Positions 18,849 through 28,344 of a stretch of DNA of 38,680 nucleotides are shown in pieces (position 1 is the stretch's first letter; the number at the start of each line of letters is the position of its first letter). The notes below the pieces were generated by a model that saw nothing but the letters and a program-made list of their open reading frames with translations, was not told the DNA's origin and did no database searches. The position numbers and the translations under genes were made by a program. The stretch covers positions 1-38,680 of the forward strand of contig CALFUV010000018.1 of the NCBI GenBank assembly GCA_937929825.1, read 5' to 3'. This DNA is from an uncultured Patescibacteria group bacterium (GTDB taxonomy: Bacteria; Patescibacteriota; Patescibacteriia; Veblenbacterales; UBA10138).

Positions 18849-20301
18849 TTGTTTGATTGATGATTTTTTCTGCTTTTTCCAGTCTAGCCAAGCATTCTTT
18901 TTGTCCTAGTACCATAGCTACTCCAAAAACATCCGGAGATTCTTTTTCACCGGTTAAAGCCACGCGCATAGGCCATAATAAATCGCGGCGTGAAAATGTG
19001 CCCGGTCTGATTAGTACTTCCAGTGAATTCTTAATATTTTCTATTTTCCAATCATTAATATTTTTTAAAATATGAATAGCTTCTTTTAAAGCCCGTGCTG
19101 TTTTACCCGCTGAACTTTGGACGGGAATTATTAATTCCGGGTTAAGAATTGCAGGTGGGTGAAAAAACCAATTAGCTTGAGAGATAACCGAATTTAGTGT
19201 AGTTAAGCGATCTTGCAGTAGTTTGGTTAGTAATAAGGTCTTGCCGACAGGTAAATAAGATCCTCCAGCTATGGCCGCATAATAAGGTTGAAGCAGATTG
19301 TCAAGCTGTTCGCTTGGTAAAGAGCGAATATAATAAGCGTTAAACCAATTAAGTTTATCAATATCAAAAATTGCCCCGGCTTTTTGTACTCTTTCTAGTT
19401 CAAATTCTTTTTCTAGTTCTGCCAAATTAAATATTTCTCGATTGTCTTTGGGATGCCAGCCAAGAAAAGCTAAAAAATTAAGCAGAGCCTGCGGTAAATA
19501 CCCCTCTTTTTTATAAGTTTGTACCCAGACTGCTTCACCGTCACGTCTTTTGGAAAGCTTGGCTTTATGGATATTTAATACATTTGGTAAATGAGCAAAT
19601 TCTGGCGGCTGCCAACCAAATCCAGCATAAATTAACAGATGTTTGGGGGTGGAGGGTAACCACTCTTCTCCTCTGATAACATGAGTAATTTTCATTTCAT
19701 GATCGTCAATCACATTAGCTAAATGGTAAGTAGGATAGCCGTCTGATTTAAGAAGTATGGTATCTTCTAGAGAGAAATTATCAATTTTGATTTGTCCGCG
19801 AATAAGATCTTTAAAAATAGTTTGACCGGGTGGTATTTTAAGGCGAATAGTAAAAGGTGTCCCGGCAGATAATTTTTCTTGAATATCCTTTTGAGTCAAG
19901 TTTAAACAGGCACGATCGTATTTGGTAGGTTGTTTTTCGTTCTGTTGTACCTGACGCAGAACTTCTAATCTTTGTAAACTACAGAAACATCGATAAGCCG
20001 CTTGCTGTTTTATTAATTCTTCAGCCCAATGTTGATAGTGAGCTAAACGTTGTGATTGAATATAAGGTTCGTAAGGCCCGCCGATGTCAGGTCCTTCATC
20101 CCAATTTAAACCAAGCCATTTAAGACCGGACAACAATCTTTCTAAACTACCTTCTACTAAACGTTCACGGTCTGTATCTTCCAAGCGAATAATAAATTGA
20201 CCTTTATTTTTTCTGGCAAACAAATAATTATATAAGGCGGTGCGAGCGCCTCCTAAATGAAGTTCGCCGGTAGGTGATGGGGCAAAGCGTACTCTGACCA
20301 T
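18838..20301 (-). CDS. gltX: Glutamyl-tRNA synthetase
   Basis: HIGH motif (PSPTGELHLGGARTALYNY), KMSKS (KLSKR). 487 aa with an anticodon-binding C-terminal domain. Confidence 0.85.
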   Translation of the reverse strand: MVRVRFAPSPTGELHLGGARTALYNYLFARKNKGQFIIRLEDTDRERLVEGSLERLLSGLKWLGLNWDEGPDIGGPYEPYIQSQRLAHYQHWAEELIKQQAAYRCFCSLQRLEVLRQVQQNEKQPTKYDRACLNLTQKDIQEKLSAGTPFTIRLKIPPGQTIFKDLIRGQIKIDNFSLEDTILLKSDGYPTYHLANVIDDHEMKITHVIRGEEWLPSTPKHLLIYAGFGWQPPEFAHLPNVLNIHKAKLSKRRDGEAVWVQTYKKEGYLPQALLNFLAFLGWHPKDNREIFNLAELEKEFELERVQKAGAIFDIDKLNWFNAYYIRSLPSEQLDNLLQPYYAAIAGGSYLPVGKTLLLTKLLQDRLTTLNSVISQANWFFHPPAILNPELIIPVQSSAGKTARALKEAIHILKNINDWKIENIKNSLEVLIRPGTFSRRDLLWPMRVALTGEKESPDVFGVAMVLGQKECLARLEKAEKIINQTNVL

Positions 20302-20307
20302 ATTATT

Positions 20308-21342
20308 TTATTGGTTTACTGAAGAAATTATCTTTTTTAATTCTACCATAGCTAGTCTGCCTAAATCTCGTCGTACCGGAGAAATATGTTCCAATAGTTT
20401 AGTATAGTGAACCCATTTATAATAAGAGGCTTCTCTGGGATTTTGATTAATTTTTGGTCTGATTTCATTAACGCTAGCTACAGCTAAACTTTGTTCTTGG
20501 CCTATATAACCGTCTGGGTTAAGTCTTTTTAGCTGTCGCAAAAAATCTTTTGACCAACGATATTTATAAATTCTTTCTTTAATAATCAGCAGTTTAATAT
20601 TTTTTAAACCCACTTCTTCCAATACTTCACGTCTAGCGGCCTGAGCTAGGCTTTCGCCTTTTTCAATACCTCCTTGAGGAAATTGCCAATCCTTGGGATT
20701 ATGTTCCGAACTTCTAATAAGTAAAATCTCATTTTTGGGGTTTATTATACAAATAGCGATATTTGGTCGAAAACGACTTTTGTGGGCTGTAAATCGCAAA
20801 TTTAAAGCCATTAGACGCTTATAAATAGGCCCCTGAGGCGTTAAAGTACTTTGCATTAAACTAATTGTTTGCACAGGTATTTTGTATTTAAATGGTTTTA
20901 GTTGAGGCAAATCATTAGCTGACTGTGGTTGTTTAAGGCGTACCAAAGTTATATGTGCTGGTCTGGCAATAGCTGATAATTTCATTGATTTAATTTGAGC
21001 TGATAAATTTTGTTGTAACCTAGTAAATTCTGACGAAGACTTTATAGTTAAGGCGATAATTTTAGGTTGACGTTTTGGTATAAATTCAAATTGATGAGTT
21101 TCAAGATTAAAAGTTTGCCAATTAGTTAATACTTTAGTTAACATTTTTTTAAAATCATTTAAGATATAGGTTGGGATTTCACCAATAAAAACAACTGTCA
21201 AATGCCAATTATTCTCCTCTACCCATTTACCATTGAATTTATTTTTGAGTTGAAAAATAAGATTTGACAATTTTTTTCTTAATGAAATAGGCAGTTCAAT
21301 AGCAATAAAAATTCTCATGATTTCGATATTTAATTTTATCAT
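20308..21342 (-). CDS. Fusion protein: N-terminal 2H phosphoesterase (LigT/ThpR-like 2',5' RNA ligase / 2',3'-cyclic phosphodiesterase) plus C-terminal Nudix hydrolase. Probable true start is the internal Met at 21318 (MRIFIAIELP)
   Basis: Two H-x-T-x motifs (HLTVVF and HITLVR) define the 2H fold. A perfect Nudix box GGIEKGESLAQAARREVLEEVGL lies in the C-terminal half. Confidence 0.7.
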   Translation of the reverse strand: MIKLNIEIMRIFIAIELPISLRKKLSNLIFQLKNKFNGKWVEENNWHLTVVFIGEIPTYILNDFKKMLTKVLTNWQTFNLETHQFEFIPKRQPKIIALTIKSSSEFTRLQQNLSAQIKSMKLSAIARPAHITLVRLKQPQSANDLPQLKPFKYKIPVQTISLMQSTLTPQGPIYKRLMALNLRFTAHKSRFRPNIAICIINPKNEILLIRSSEHNPKDWQFPQGGIEKGESLAQAARREVLEEVGLKNIKLLIIKERIYKYRWSKDFLRQLKRLNPDGYIGQEQSLAVASVNEIRPKINQNPREASYYKWVHYTKLLEHISPVRRDLGRLAMVELKKIISSVNQ

Positions 21343-21383
21343 AAAAAATAGCTTTAGTCCAGTAAATTTGTTATAATTTAAAT

Positions 21384-22778
21384 ATGAAACAGCTTTTGAG
21401 ACATTTATTTTTTATTAGTTTTTTAAGCCTTTTTAGTTTATCATCTTTACTGGCACCTGTTATTTCTCAGGCACAGGAGCAGTTTGATTATAATTATATA
21501 ATTTCTGATCGTGATTTAACTGATGCCAATTCTTGGAATTTAGATCAAATTCAAGCTTTTCTTATTGCTAAAAAAAGCGTTTTAGCCAATTATTTTGATT
21601 CAATTACCGGTTTGCGTGCCTCGCAAATAATTTATCAATCAGCACAAGATTTTCAAATAAACCCAAAATTTTTAATAGCTCTAATACAAAAAGAACAAAG
21701 TTTGGTCGAACATCCTTCGCCACAACCATCACAGTTTGACTGGGCAACAGGTTATGCAGTCTGCGATGGTTGTAGCACCAATGATCCGGCTTTAGAAAAA
21801 TTTAAAGGTTTTTATAACCAAGTGTATAACGCTGCCAAACGTATCCGAACTAGTTATTTATTTGATTTAGAAACTAGTGGTATGACTTTATCTGGTTTTG
21901 GTCCGGGTATAACTAAATTAGTTAATGGTATACCGGTAAAACCAGTTAATAATGCTACAGCCGCGGTTTATACTTATACACCACATCTGCACGGAAATAG
22001 ATTATTGGCTCAGATTTGGCGCAGGTTTTTTTCACAGTCTTATCCTGATGGTTCTTTAGTGAAAGTTGATAATGAACCTGATATTTGGTTGATTGAAAAT
22101 GGTTTGCGAAGAAGATTTGTAAACCAGTCTGTTTACTTATCTCGTTATAGTGATTTTTCTCGGGTATTGAATGTTAGCCGGCAGGATTTACTTAAATATT
22201 CTGAAGGTCGGGAAATTCGTTTTGCTAATTATTCTTATTTACGAACACCACGCGGTACAGTTTATTTATTAGTAGATGATGTTTTACGGGGTTTTGCTTC
22301 AGCTGAAGCTTTGCGAAAATTAGGTGTTAATCCAGAGGAAATAATCGATGTGCAAGCTGAGGATATAATGGAATATGAAGAAGGAAAACCTATTACTACC
22401 GCCAGCTTATTCCCTTTAGGTGCATTATTACAGGATAAAAACAGCGGCGGTGTTTACTGGATTAGAGATGGAATAAAGTATCCGATTTGGTCACGTGAAA
22501 TAATGACAGCCAATTTTCCCAACCGTAAGATTATAACAGTTACTAGCACAGAACTTGAAAAGTTTGCTACTGGCCAACCGGTTACCTTTCGTGACGGTGA
22601 ATTAGTTAAATCTTCTGATGAATCTACAGTTTACCTAATATCTAATGGTCAGCGTCGTCCGTTTGTATCAGCTGAAGATTTTGAAAATTTAGGTTTTTCT
22701 TGGCAGAACATAAGGGTTACCAGTTCAACTGTTTTGGCTTTGCATGAAATAGGTGAACCTATAATGATTAATTTTTAA
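21384..22778 (+). CDS. Secreted protein with cleavable signal peptide, N-terminal lysozyme-like/transglycosylase-like region (…LIALIQKEQSLV…) and four C-terminal repeats of about 50 aa (vYLI.NG.RRpF.s.e.f..lG…)
   Basis: Signal peptide MKQLLRHLFFISFLSLFSLSSLLAPVISQA. Repeat copies begin near IWLIENGLRRRF, VYLLVDDVLRGF, VYWIRDGIKYPI and VYLISNGQRRPF. Confidence 0.5.
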   Translation: MKQLLRHLFFISFLSLFSLSSLLAPVISQAQEQFDYNYIISDRDLTDANSWNLDQIQAFLIAKKSVLANYFDSITGLRASQIIYQSAQDFQINPKFLIALIQKEQSLVEHPSPQPSQFDWATGYAVCDGCSTNDPALEKFKGFYNQVYNAAKRIRTSYLFDLETSGMTLSGFGPGITKLVNGIPVKPVNNATAAVYTYTPHLHGNRLLAQIWRRFFSQSYPDGSLVKVDNEPDIWLIENGLRRRFVNQSVYLSRYSDFSRVLNVSRQDLLKYSEGREIRFANYSYLRTPRGTVYLLVDDVLRGFASAEALRKLGVNPEEIIDVQAEDIMEYEEGKPITTASLFPLGALLQDKNSGGVYWIRDGIKYPIWSREIMTANFPNRKIITVTSTELEKFATGQPVTFRDGELVKSSDESTVYLISNGQRRPFVSAEDFENLGFSWQNIRVTSSTVLALHEIGEPIMINF

Positions 22779-22781
22779 TAT

Positions 22782-23558
22782 ATGTCTATAGTTGCTTCAG
22801 GTATTTTACCCAATTCTCCCCTGCTTTTACCTAAACTTTCACCATTAGTGATAAAGAGAACCAGCCGGACCAGAGAAGCTATAGATAAATTACTTCATGA
22901 AATGTATGCCCGACAGCCGGATATAGTGATGTTAATATCTAGCGCCGGCCAGCCGGCTGATGTCACATCTTTATTACAAGCCTCTACTTTAAAATATTCC
23001 TTTTTTCCTTGGGGTGATGTAGTTACAAAGGGTGAAGTTAAACTGGCTACTGGTTTTACTCATAAACTTAAAGAAAGCATGGAAACATCGTTTCCCATCA
23101 TATTAAAAAGCGTTGATGAATTACCGGTGTATTTTGCAGTACCTACCTTATATTTACAAAATATTCTTTCTTGGCAAAATTATATTTTTTTGGAAATAGC
23201 CAACAGTTTGGGTTTTGACGAGTTGTATAAATTAGCTAAGTATATTAAAGAACAAATAAACCAATCGACCAGCAGGATATTATTAGTGGTTTGTGGTAAT
23301 TTATCTGAACACTTTGGACGATATCAAGAGCAAGCTACTGTTTTTGACCGTTCATTTCAGGCGGCTTTAATTTCTTTAAACTCTTCAGGTTTAGCAGATC
23401 TTAAACAGAGTAAACCAAAAGGTTTACGAGAGTCTTTATTAAATCAGTCTCTTTTATTAAGCCTTATTTTAGCTGATTTGCCTATTCAAGTATCAATTTT
23501 TTCTTATGAAGTTCCGGCGCGGGTTGGTTATCTGGTCGCTGGTATAAATGAAAAATAA
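22782..23558 (+). CDS. Hypothetical protein (258 aa); very weak resemblance to the LigB/MEMO-type fold (…LLVVCGNLSEHFG…)
   Basis: ORF only. Tightly packed between the flanking genes. No firm family assignment. Confidence 0.4.
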   Translation: MSIVASGILPNSPLLLPKLSPLVIKRTSRTREAIDKLLHEMYARQPDIVMLISSAGQPADVTSLLQASTLKYSFFPWGDVVTKGEVKLATGFTHKLKESMETSFPIILKSVDELPVYFAVPTLYLQNILSWQNYIFLEIANSLGFDELYKLAKYIKEQINQSTSRILLVVCGNLSEHFGRYQEQATVFDRSFQAALISLNSSGLADLKQSKPKGLRESLLNQSLLLSLILADLPIQVSIFSYEVPARVGYLVAGINEK

Positions 23559-23561
23559 AAT

Positions 23562-25397
23562 ATGGACAAAAATATCGTGCAAATAGCTATACTTAGAAAA
23601 TTACCCCGTTCTAAGGGAGTGTTTGATTATAAGACACCATTAGATTTAAAGGTTAAACTCGGTGATTTGGTTATGGCACCATTTAAAAGTGGTAATTATC
23701 CGGGTATTGTAGTTGGTATAGGTGCCAGTCCAAAAGCGCCTCAGAATCTACGTAGTATTAATTGTGTATTGAGTTCAGATTTTTTAAGAAAAGAAGAATT
23801 ATTTATGATGAGTTGGTTGGCCAAAAATAGCGGTGTGAGTCTAGGATTGGCGGGTAGTATGTTTGTACCATTTTTACCGACCAGTAAAAAGCCTTATAAT
23901 AATCGCCCTCAGCCTCTTGTGGTTCCAAAAAAGCTACAATCTCAGCCGATAATTGTAATACCAAAATCTTTGGAACACAAAAAAAAACTGGCATTGCAAC
24001 TGATTAATCAGGTTTTATTGCGGAGACAACAAATTTTGATATTGGTGCCGGAAGTATTTTATATACAATGGTGGCGAGATTTTATTAGTTCAACAAAAAA
24101 GGTGCAAGAGTTTTATAGTGGTCAGCAGTCAACTATAGCTCGTTTGACTTGGCTTGAGACTAGGGCCGGACAGGCAGATGTTATAATTGGTACTCGTGCA
24201 GCTTTGTGGCTACAATATCATAATCTAGGCGGTATTATAATTGATCAGGGTGAAAACGAAAATCATGTACAGTCAAACCAGAATCCCAGATATGATGCTG
24301 TTGAAGCGGCTCAGCAATTAGCAGGTGTTTGGCATAGTTCATTGGCTATATTTTCGTTTGCTCCGCGTTTGGAGCAGTGGCAAGCTAGTAATAATAAAAA
24401 ATTTCTCTGGCGTGAATTTATCTTGCCGATCAATAGGTTTAAAATAGTGAGCACTTTTGGCTTAAAAGTTCAACAAGGTTTGATAACGGATGAACTTCAA
24501 CAATTAGTGGAAAAAAGTTTGACTAATAAAGGACGGGTTTTATTGTACCTTAATAAGCGGGGAGCTCGCGGTTTTATATGCCAAGATTGTGGTTATCAGG
24601 CTCGATGTTCGCGTTGCTCCAGAACTATGATGGAATCTGATCATGATAGGTTAATGATTTGTTATCATTGTCAGGAAAAACAAAATATACCTCTCCCCTG
24701 CCCTAGTTGTCATGGTAATAGTTTTAGATATACCACCCGTGGTTTGGATGATCTTTATAAATCTGTTAATAATTTATGGCCCGAGGCTAAGGCTATTTTA
24801 TTGCAAGATAGTTTTGATTACTCAACTATTAATTTAGTTAAGAAAGCTAGATTAATAGTTGGCACGAGTACAGCTTGGAGAGTGTTGTATGGCCAAAATT
24901 TAGAATTAGCAGCTTTAGTCCGTGCAGATAATGAAATTAGCTTACCTGAATTTAGATCAGTAGAGAGAACTTGGCAATTATTGAGAAATTTATTAGTTAG
25001 CGCCAAAACAGTTGTTTGCCAAACAAGTTTGCCTAAACATCAACTATGGCAATATATTACTAGTTATAAAACGAACACTTTTTATCAAGCTGAATTAACA
25101 CAAAGAAAACTTTATCATTATCCGCCCGTAGTTAAAATATTACGACTGACTATAGAATCTTTAAATAATGAAACAGCAAAAAAAGAGGCTTTGGACCTTT
25201 TTTCCATAGTATCTAAAAATTTGCCCACTTCAGCCGAAGTTATTGGTCCATACCCAGATTACTATCAACGTCGTGGAAAAAAATGGCGTTGGCATATTTT
25301 ACTGAAATATCCTAATAATTGGCCGTTTGAGCAATTATGGTCACAGTTGCCTGATAATGTTATTATTGATCCACAGCCATATTTTATATTAAGCTAA
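23562..25397 (+). CDS. priA: PriA-like primosomal protein N' homologue with degenerate helicase motifs (no Walker A, and Walker B DEEH replaced by DQGE), but an intact N-terminal 3'-DNA-binding domain and Cys-rich zinc-binding region
   Basis: Collinear similarity to PriA. N-terminal segment VQIAILRKLPRSKGVFDYKTP...GDLVMAPFKSGNYPGIVVGI. Middle segment QILILVPEVFYIQWW...ADVIIGTRAALW...LGGIIIDQGE. Zinc region CQDCGYQARCSRCSRTMM...CYHCQEKQNIPLPCPSCHG. There is no GxGK[ST] anywhere in the 611 aa. Confidence 0.6.
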   Translation: MDKNIVQIAILRKLPRSKGVFDYKTPLDLKVKLGDLVMAPFKSGNYPGIVVGIGASPKAPQNLRSINCVLSSDFLRKEELFMMSWLAKNSGVSLGLAGSMFVPFLPTSKKPYNNRPQPLVVPKKLQSQPIIVIPKSLEHKKKLALQLINQVLLRRQQILILVPEVFYIQWWRDFISSTKKVQEFYSGQQSTIARLTWLETRAGQADVIIGTRAALWLQYHNLGGIIIDQGENENHVQSNQNPRYDAVEAAQQLAGVWHSSLAIFSFAPRLEQWQASNNKKFLWREFILPINRFKIVSTFGLKVQQGLITDELQQLVEKSLTNKGRVLLYLNKRGARGFICQDCGYQARCSRCSRTMMESDHDRLMICYHCQEKQNIPLPCPSCHGNSFRYTTRGLDDLYKSVNNLWPEAKAILLQDSFDYSTINLVKKARLIVGTSTAWRVLYGQNLELAALVRADNEISLPEFRSVERTWQLLRNLLVSAKTVVCQTSLPKHQLWQYITSYKTNTFYQAELTQRKLYHYPPVVKILRLTIESLNNETAKKEALDLFSIVSKNLPTSAEVIGPYPDYYQRRGKKWRWHILLKYPNNWPFEQLWSQLPDNVIIDPQPYFILS

Positions 25398-25405
25398 GAC
25401 CGTTT

Positions 25406-25888
25406 ATGCTTCCTCTTATAATTGCACCTAATAAAATTTTACGCACCGTCGTTAAATCTATTCAGTTGCCAGTAACAAATGATATAAAAAAATTGGCAGT
25501 TGAAATGTCTGAAACTATGTTTTATTATCACGGAATAGGCTTAGCTGGTCCTCAAGTTAACCGTGATGCTAGAATTATTGTTATTACTACTGCTGACGGG
25601 GTAAGTACTTATTTAAATCCGGAAATTATCAAAACTTCTTGGCGTCAGGTTGATATGGAAGAGGGGTGTTTATCTATCCCGGGTGTTTTTGGGCAAGTCC
25701 GCCGACCTCGACGTGTGTTAGCAAGTTTTTATACTTTAACCGGTGAACATCGCAAAGAATGGCTGGATAATATGCTGGCTAGAGTTTATCAGCATGAAGT
25801 TGATCACCTTAATGGTATTTTATTTACAGATAAAGCTTGGCGGATAAATCAAGGCCAAGATTTATTAGCGAAGTATGGTTTGGTCTGA
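25406..25888 (+). CDS. def: Peptide deformylase
   Basis: Three PDF motifs: GLAGPQV, EGCLSIPG and QHEVDHLNG. Confidence 0.9.
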   Translation: MLPLIIAPNKILRTVVKSIQLPVTNDIKKLAVEMSETMFYYHGIGLAGPQVNRDARIIVITTADGVSTYLNPEIIKTSWRQVDMEEGCLSIPGVFGQVRRPRRVLASFYTLTGEHRKEWLDNMLARVYQHEVDHLNGILFTDKAWRINQGQDLLAKYGLV

Positions 25889-26810
25889 AAAATTTGTTTT
25901 TTTTGGTTCACATGATTTTTCCAGGCGTATTTTAGCTGGTTTATTAGCCGGTGGCCAACAGCCGGCTTTAGTTATATCAACTATTAGCAAACCAAGTGGT
26001 AGAAAAAAAATAATTGAGCCCACACCGGTTGAAGTATTAGCAAAAAATGCTCAATTACCTTTTGTATCAATAAAAAGCTTCAAACAAAGTTATCCGCAGG
26101 AATTAACCCAAATACAGGCTAATTTTGCGATCTTAGCTGCTTTTAATCGTCTTTTGCCTAAGTCCTTATTACAGCTGTTTCCATTGGGAGTTATTAATGT
26201 TCATCCCTCATTATTACCACTTTATCGTGGACCATCCCCTATTCAGCAGGCTATTCTTGACGAGCAAGCTGTTACCGGCGTAACTTTAATAATTTTAGAT
26301 GAAGAAATGGATCATGGACCTATCATAGCTCAGGAACAATTGAGTCTTAATTATGACGATGCGCTAACTTTATTTATTCGGACAGCTGACTTAGCAGTTA
26401 ATATGCTTAAACTAATAGTACCTGATTATTTAGCAGGTAAAATTAAACCTCAAATCCAAGATCACAGCCGAGCTACTTATACCAGTTTAATTACTAAAAA
26501 ATCTGGTCAAGCTGATTTTTCTTGGCCAGCTAAAAAACTTGATAATATGCGTCGGGCTTATACTCCTTGGCCGGGGCTATGGACTACTTGGCAGGGCTCC
26601 ATTTTAAAATTTATTAAAACAACTGTTAGCACAGAAAAAAATATTAAACCGGGACAAGTTATTTGGTTAAATAATAGTTTACTGATTGGTTGTGGGCAAA
26701 ATACTGCTTTACAAATAATAGAATTGCAACAAGCTGGTGGCCGTCCTCAAACAGCCAAAGATTTTATAAACGGTCACCGCTCTTTTTTAAGAACAAGTTT
26801 ACCAAGTTAA
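25875..26810 (+). CDS. fmt: Methionyl-tRNA formyltransferase
   Basis: Overlaps def by 14 nt (classic def-fmt operon). NVHPSLLPLYRG formyltransferase motif. C-terminal Fmt domain. Confidence 0.85.
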   Translation: MVWSEKFVFFGSHDFSRRILAGLLAGGQQPALVISTISKPSGRKKIIEPTPVEVLAKNAQLPFVSIKSFKQSYPQELTQIQANFAILAAFNRLLPKSLLQLFPLGVINVHPSLLPLYRGPSPIQQAILDEQAVTGVTLIILDEEMDHGPIIAQEQLSLNYDDALTLFIRTADLAVNMLKLIVPDYLAGKIKPQIQDHSRATYTSLITKKSGQADFSWPAKKLDNMRRAYTPWPGLWTTWQGSILKFIKTTVSTEKNIKPGQVIWLNNSLLIGCGQNTALQIIELQQAGGRPQTAKDFINGHRSFLRTSLPS

Positions 26811-28336
26811 GATTGAGGCGTTTCAGGATATGTATCAATTCTTTTCTTTTCTGTTACCCAAAAACCTAAATATTTACCGAGCATTAGCCGCGTTTGAGCT
26901 TCTGTTGCCGGTATAGCTCCAAAAATAAGCATGCTGGCAGGAAAAAGTAACCATTGTAAAACCATAACAATATTTTTATACCAGCGATATTTAGCTGGGC
27001 GTGGTGGCAACATAATATTAGATAAGGCCGCGCTAAAAACTAAGCCGATCATAGCTAAACTCATTAGCCATTGTAAAGCTACAGGAGCGCTGTGGGCTAA
27101 CAAAGAAGTTTTATCAGCTTGATCAAGTAGCCATAATGGTAAATGACCAAGCACAAATATTATTATAGGAGCAGTTGCCCATGAATAAACACCTTCTAAT
27201 TGATTCCAAATATAGCGGAATTTAGTGTTAAAAGATACCCGTTTAGAACGCCAAAAATGATAAGCCATATAGGCAAAATTTTCTACCCCATAGGCCCAAC
27301 GTCTTTGTTGTTTGTATTGATTAATTATACTACGCCAAAAAGAACCGTTATATACTGTGTCCATGGAAATCGGTAAATAAATAGGTGTGACGCGGTAATT
27401 ACCATCATAGTGAACAAAGCATTGCAGAAAAATACGAGAATCTTCAGTTACAATATCATTTTGCCAAAAACCAACATCAACCAGTGCTTTCATAGGCATG
27501 GAGTGAGAAGAAAAAGTGAAAAGTCTTTCTGGTCGCACTAAATCAGTGAATAGCCAAAAAGTGGTAGAATTGGCGATGATGCGTATTAATGAAGGTGAAT
27601 CCCAAATATTATTATTGTATACAGCCACTGGCTGATAACTAGAATGTAAAGGATCAGGAATAGTCAAATAAGTGTAGGTGAGTAAGGCAAAATAATTTGG
27701 ATGCGGACAGGAATCAATATCAAAACTGGAAACAATAATATTCTCGTATTTTAGACCTAAATTATCAACATATTCCTGAGCGCGATGTCCGGCCCAGTTG
27801 ATATTAGCACCCTTACCGGCTAGTTCACCCGTAATATTAGCTGGGTGGAGTGTTACTAAAAAATGACCAAAATGTCCAGCAAATTCTGTTTTTAATTTTT
27901 CAGCTATATTAAGAAAATTTTCCTGATCTCTTTCTTCACCGGCTAACACTACAATAAACTTTTCTTTAGGATAATTAACCTTAGATAAAGCACTTAAAGA
28001 TGTTCTTACTATATCAATAGGTTCTCGATAAGTTGGTAAAAAAATTAAATGATAAATTTTATCAAAACCGATTTGTGCTTGTGCTTTAGGCAGCCAATCT
28101 TGTTGTAGTGTCCAGCTATAATGTCGCCAGCCAGCAATCATATGAATTAGTAAATATGACACTCTCATTAACCAGTAAAGATCAAATAGTATAATAACGT
28201 ATATAGCCCACAATGGCTTAAGGAACGACAAAACTACAATACCGATTAAAGTTATCCAAACCAGTATACCAGGAATCATTTCAAAGAGACGATAAACAGT
28301 TGGTCGTGGTAAACGTTTTAAAAAGCCCCAAACCAT
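26807..28336 (-). CDS. Family-2 glycosyltransferase, cellulose-synthase-like (processive beta-glycosyltransferase) integral membrane protein
   Basis: PTYREP, DID, TED (IVTEDSRIF) and QxxRW (QQRRW) motifs in the canonical order, with flanking TM helices. Confidence 0.65.
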   Translation of the reverse strand: MVWGFLKRLPRPTVYRLFEMIPGILVWITLIGIVVLSFLKPLWAIYVIILFDLYWLMRVSYLLIHMIAGWRHYSWTLQQDWLPKAQAQIGFDKIYHLIFLPTYREPIDIVRTSLSALSKVNYPKEKFIVVLAGEERDQENFLNIAEKLKTEFAGHFGHFLVTLHPANITGELAGKGANINWAGHRAQEYVDNLGLKYENIIVSSFDIDSCPHPNYFALLTYTYLTIPDPLHSSYQPVAVYNNNIWDSPSLIRIIANSTTFWLFTDLVRPERLFTFSSHSMPMKALVDVGFWQNDIVTEDSRIFLQCFVHYDGNYRVTPIYLPISMDTVYNGSFWRSIINQYKQQRRWAYGVENFAYMAYHFWRSKRVSFNTKFRYIWNQLEGVYSWATAPIIIFVLGHLPLWLLDQADKTSLLAHSAPVALQWLMSLAMIGLVFSAALSNIMLPPRPAKYRWYKNIVMVLQWLLFPASMLIFGAIPATEAQTRLMLGKYLGFWVTEKKRIDTYPETPQS

Positions 28337-28344
28337 AATTAATT

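Noticed and set aside
26807-26810. 4-nt overlap of convergent stop codons (fmt + strand, GT2 - strand)
   Set aside because: Seen in sequence and noted in the GT2 finding, but on its own it is just compact genome organisation.
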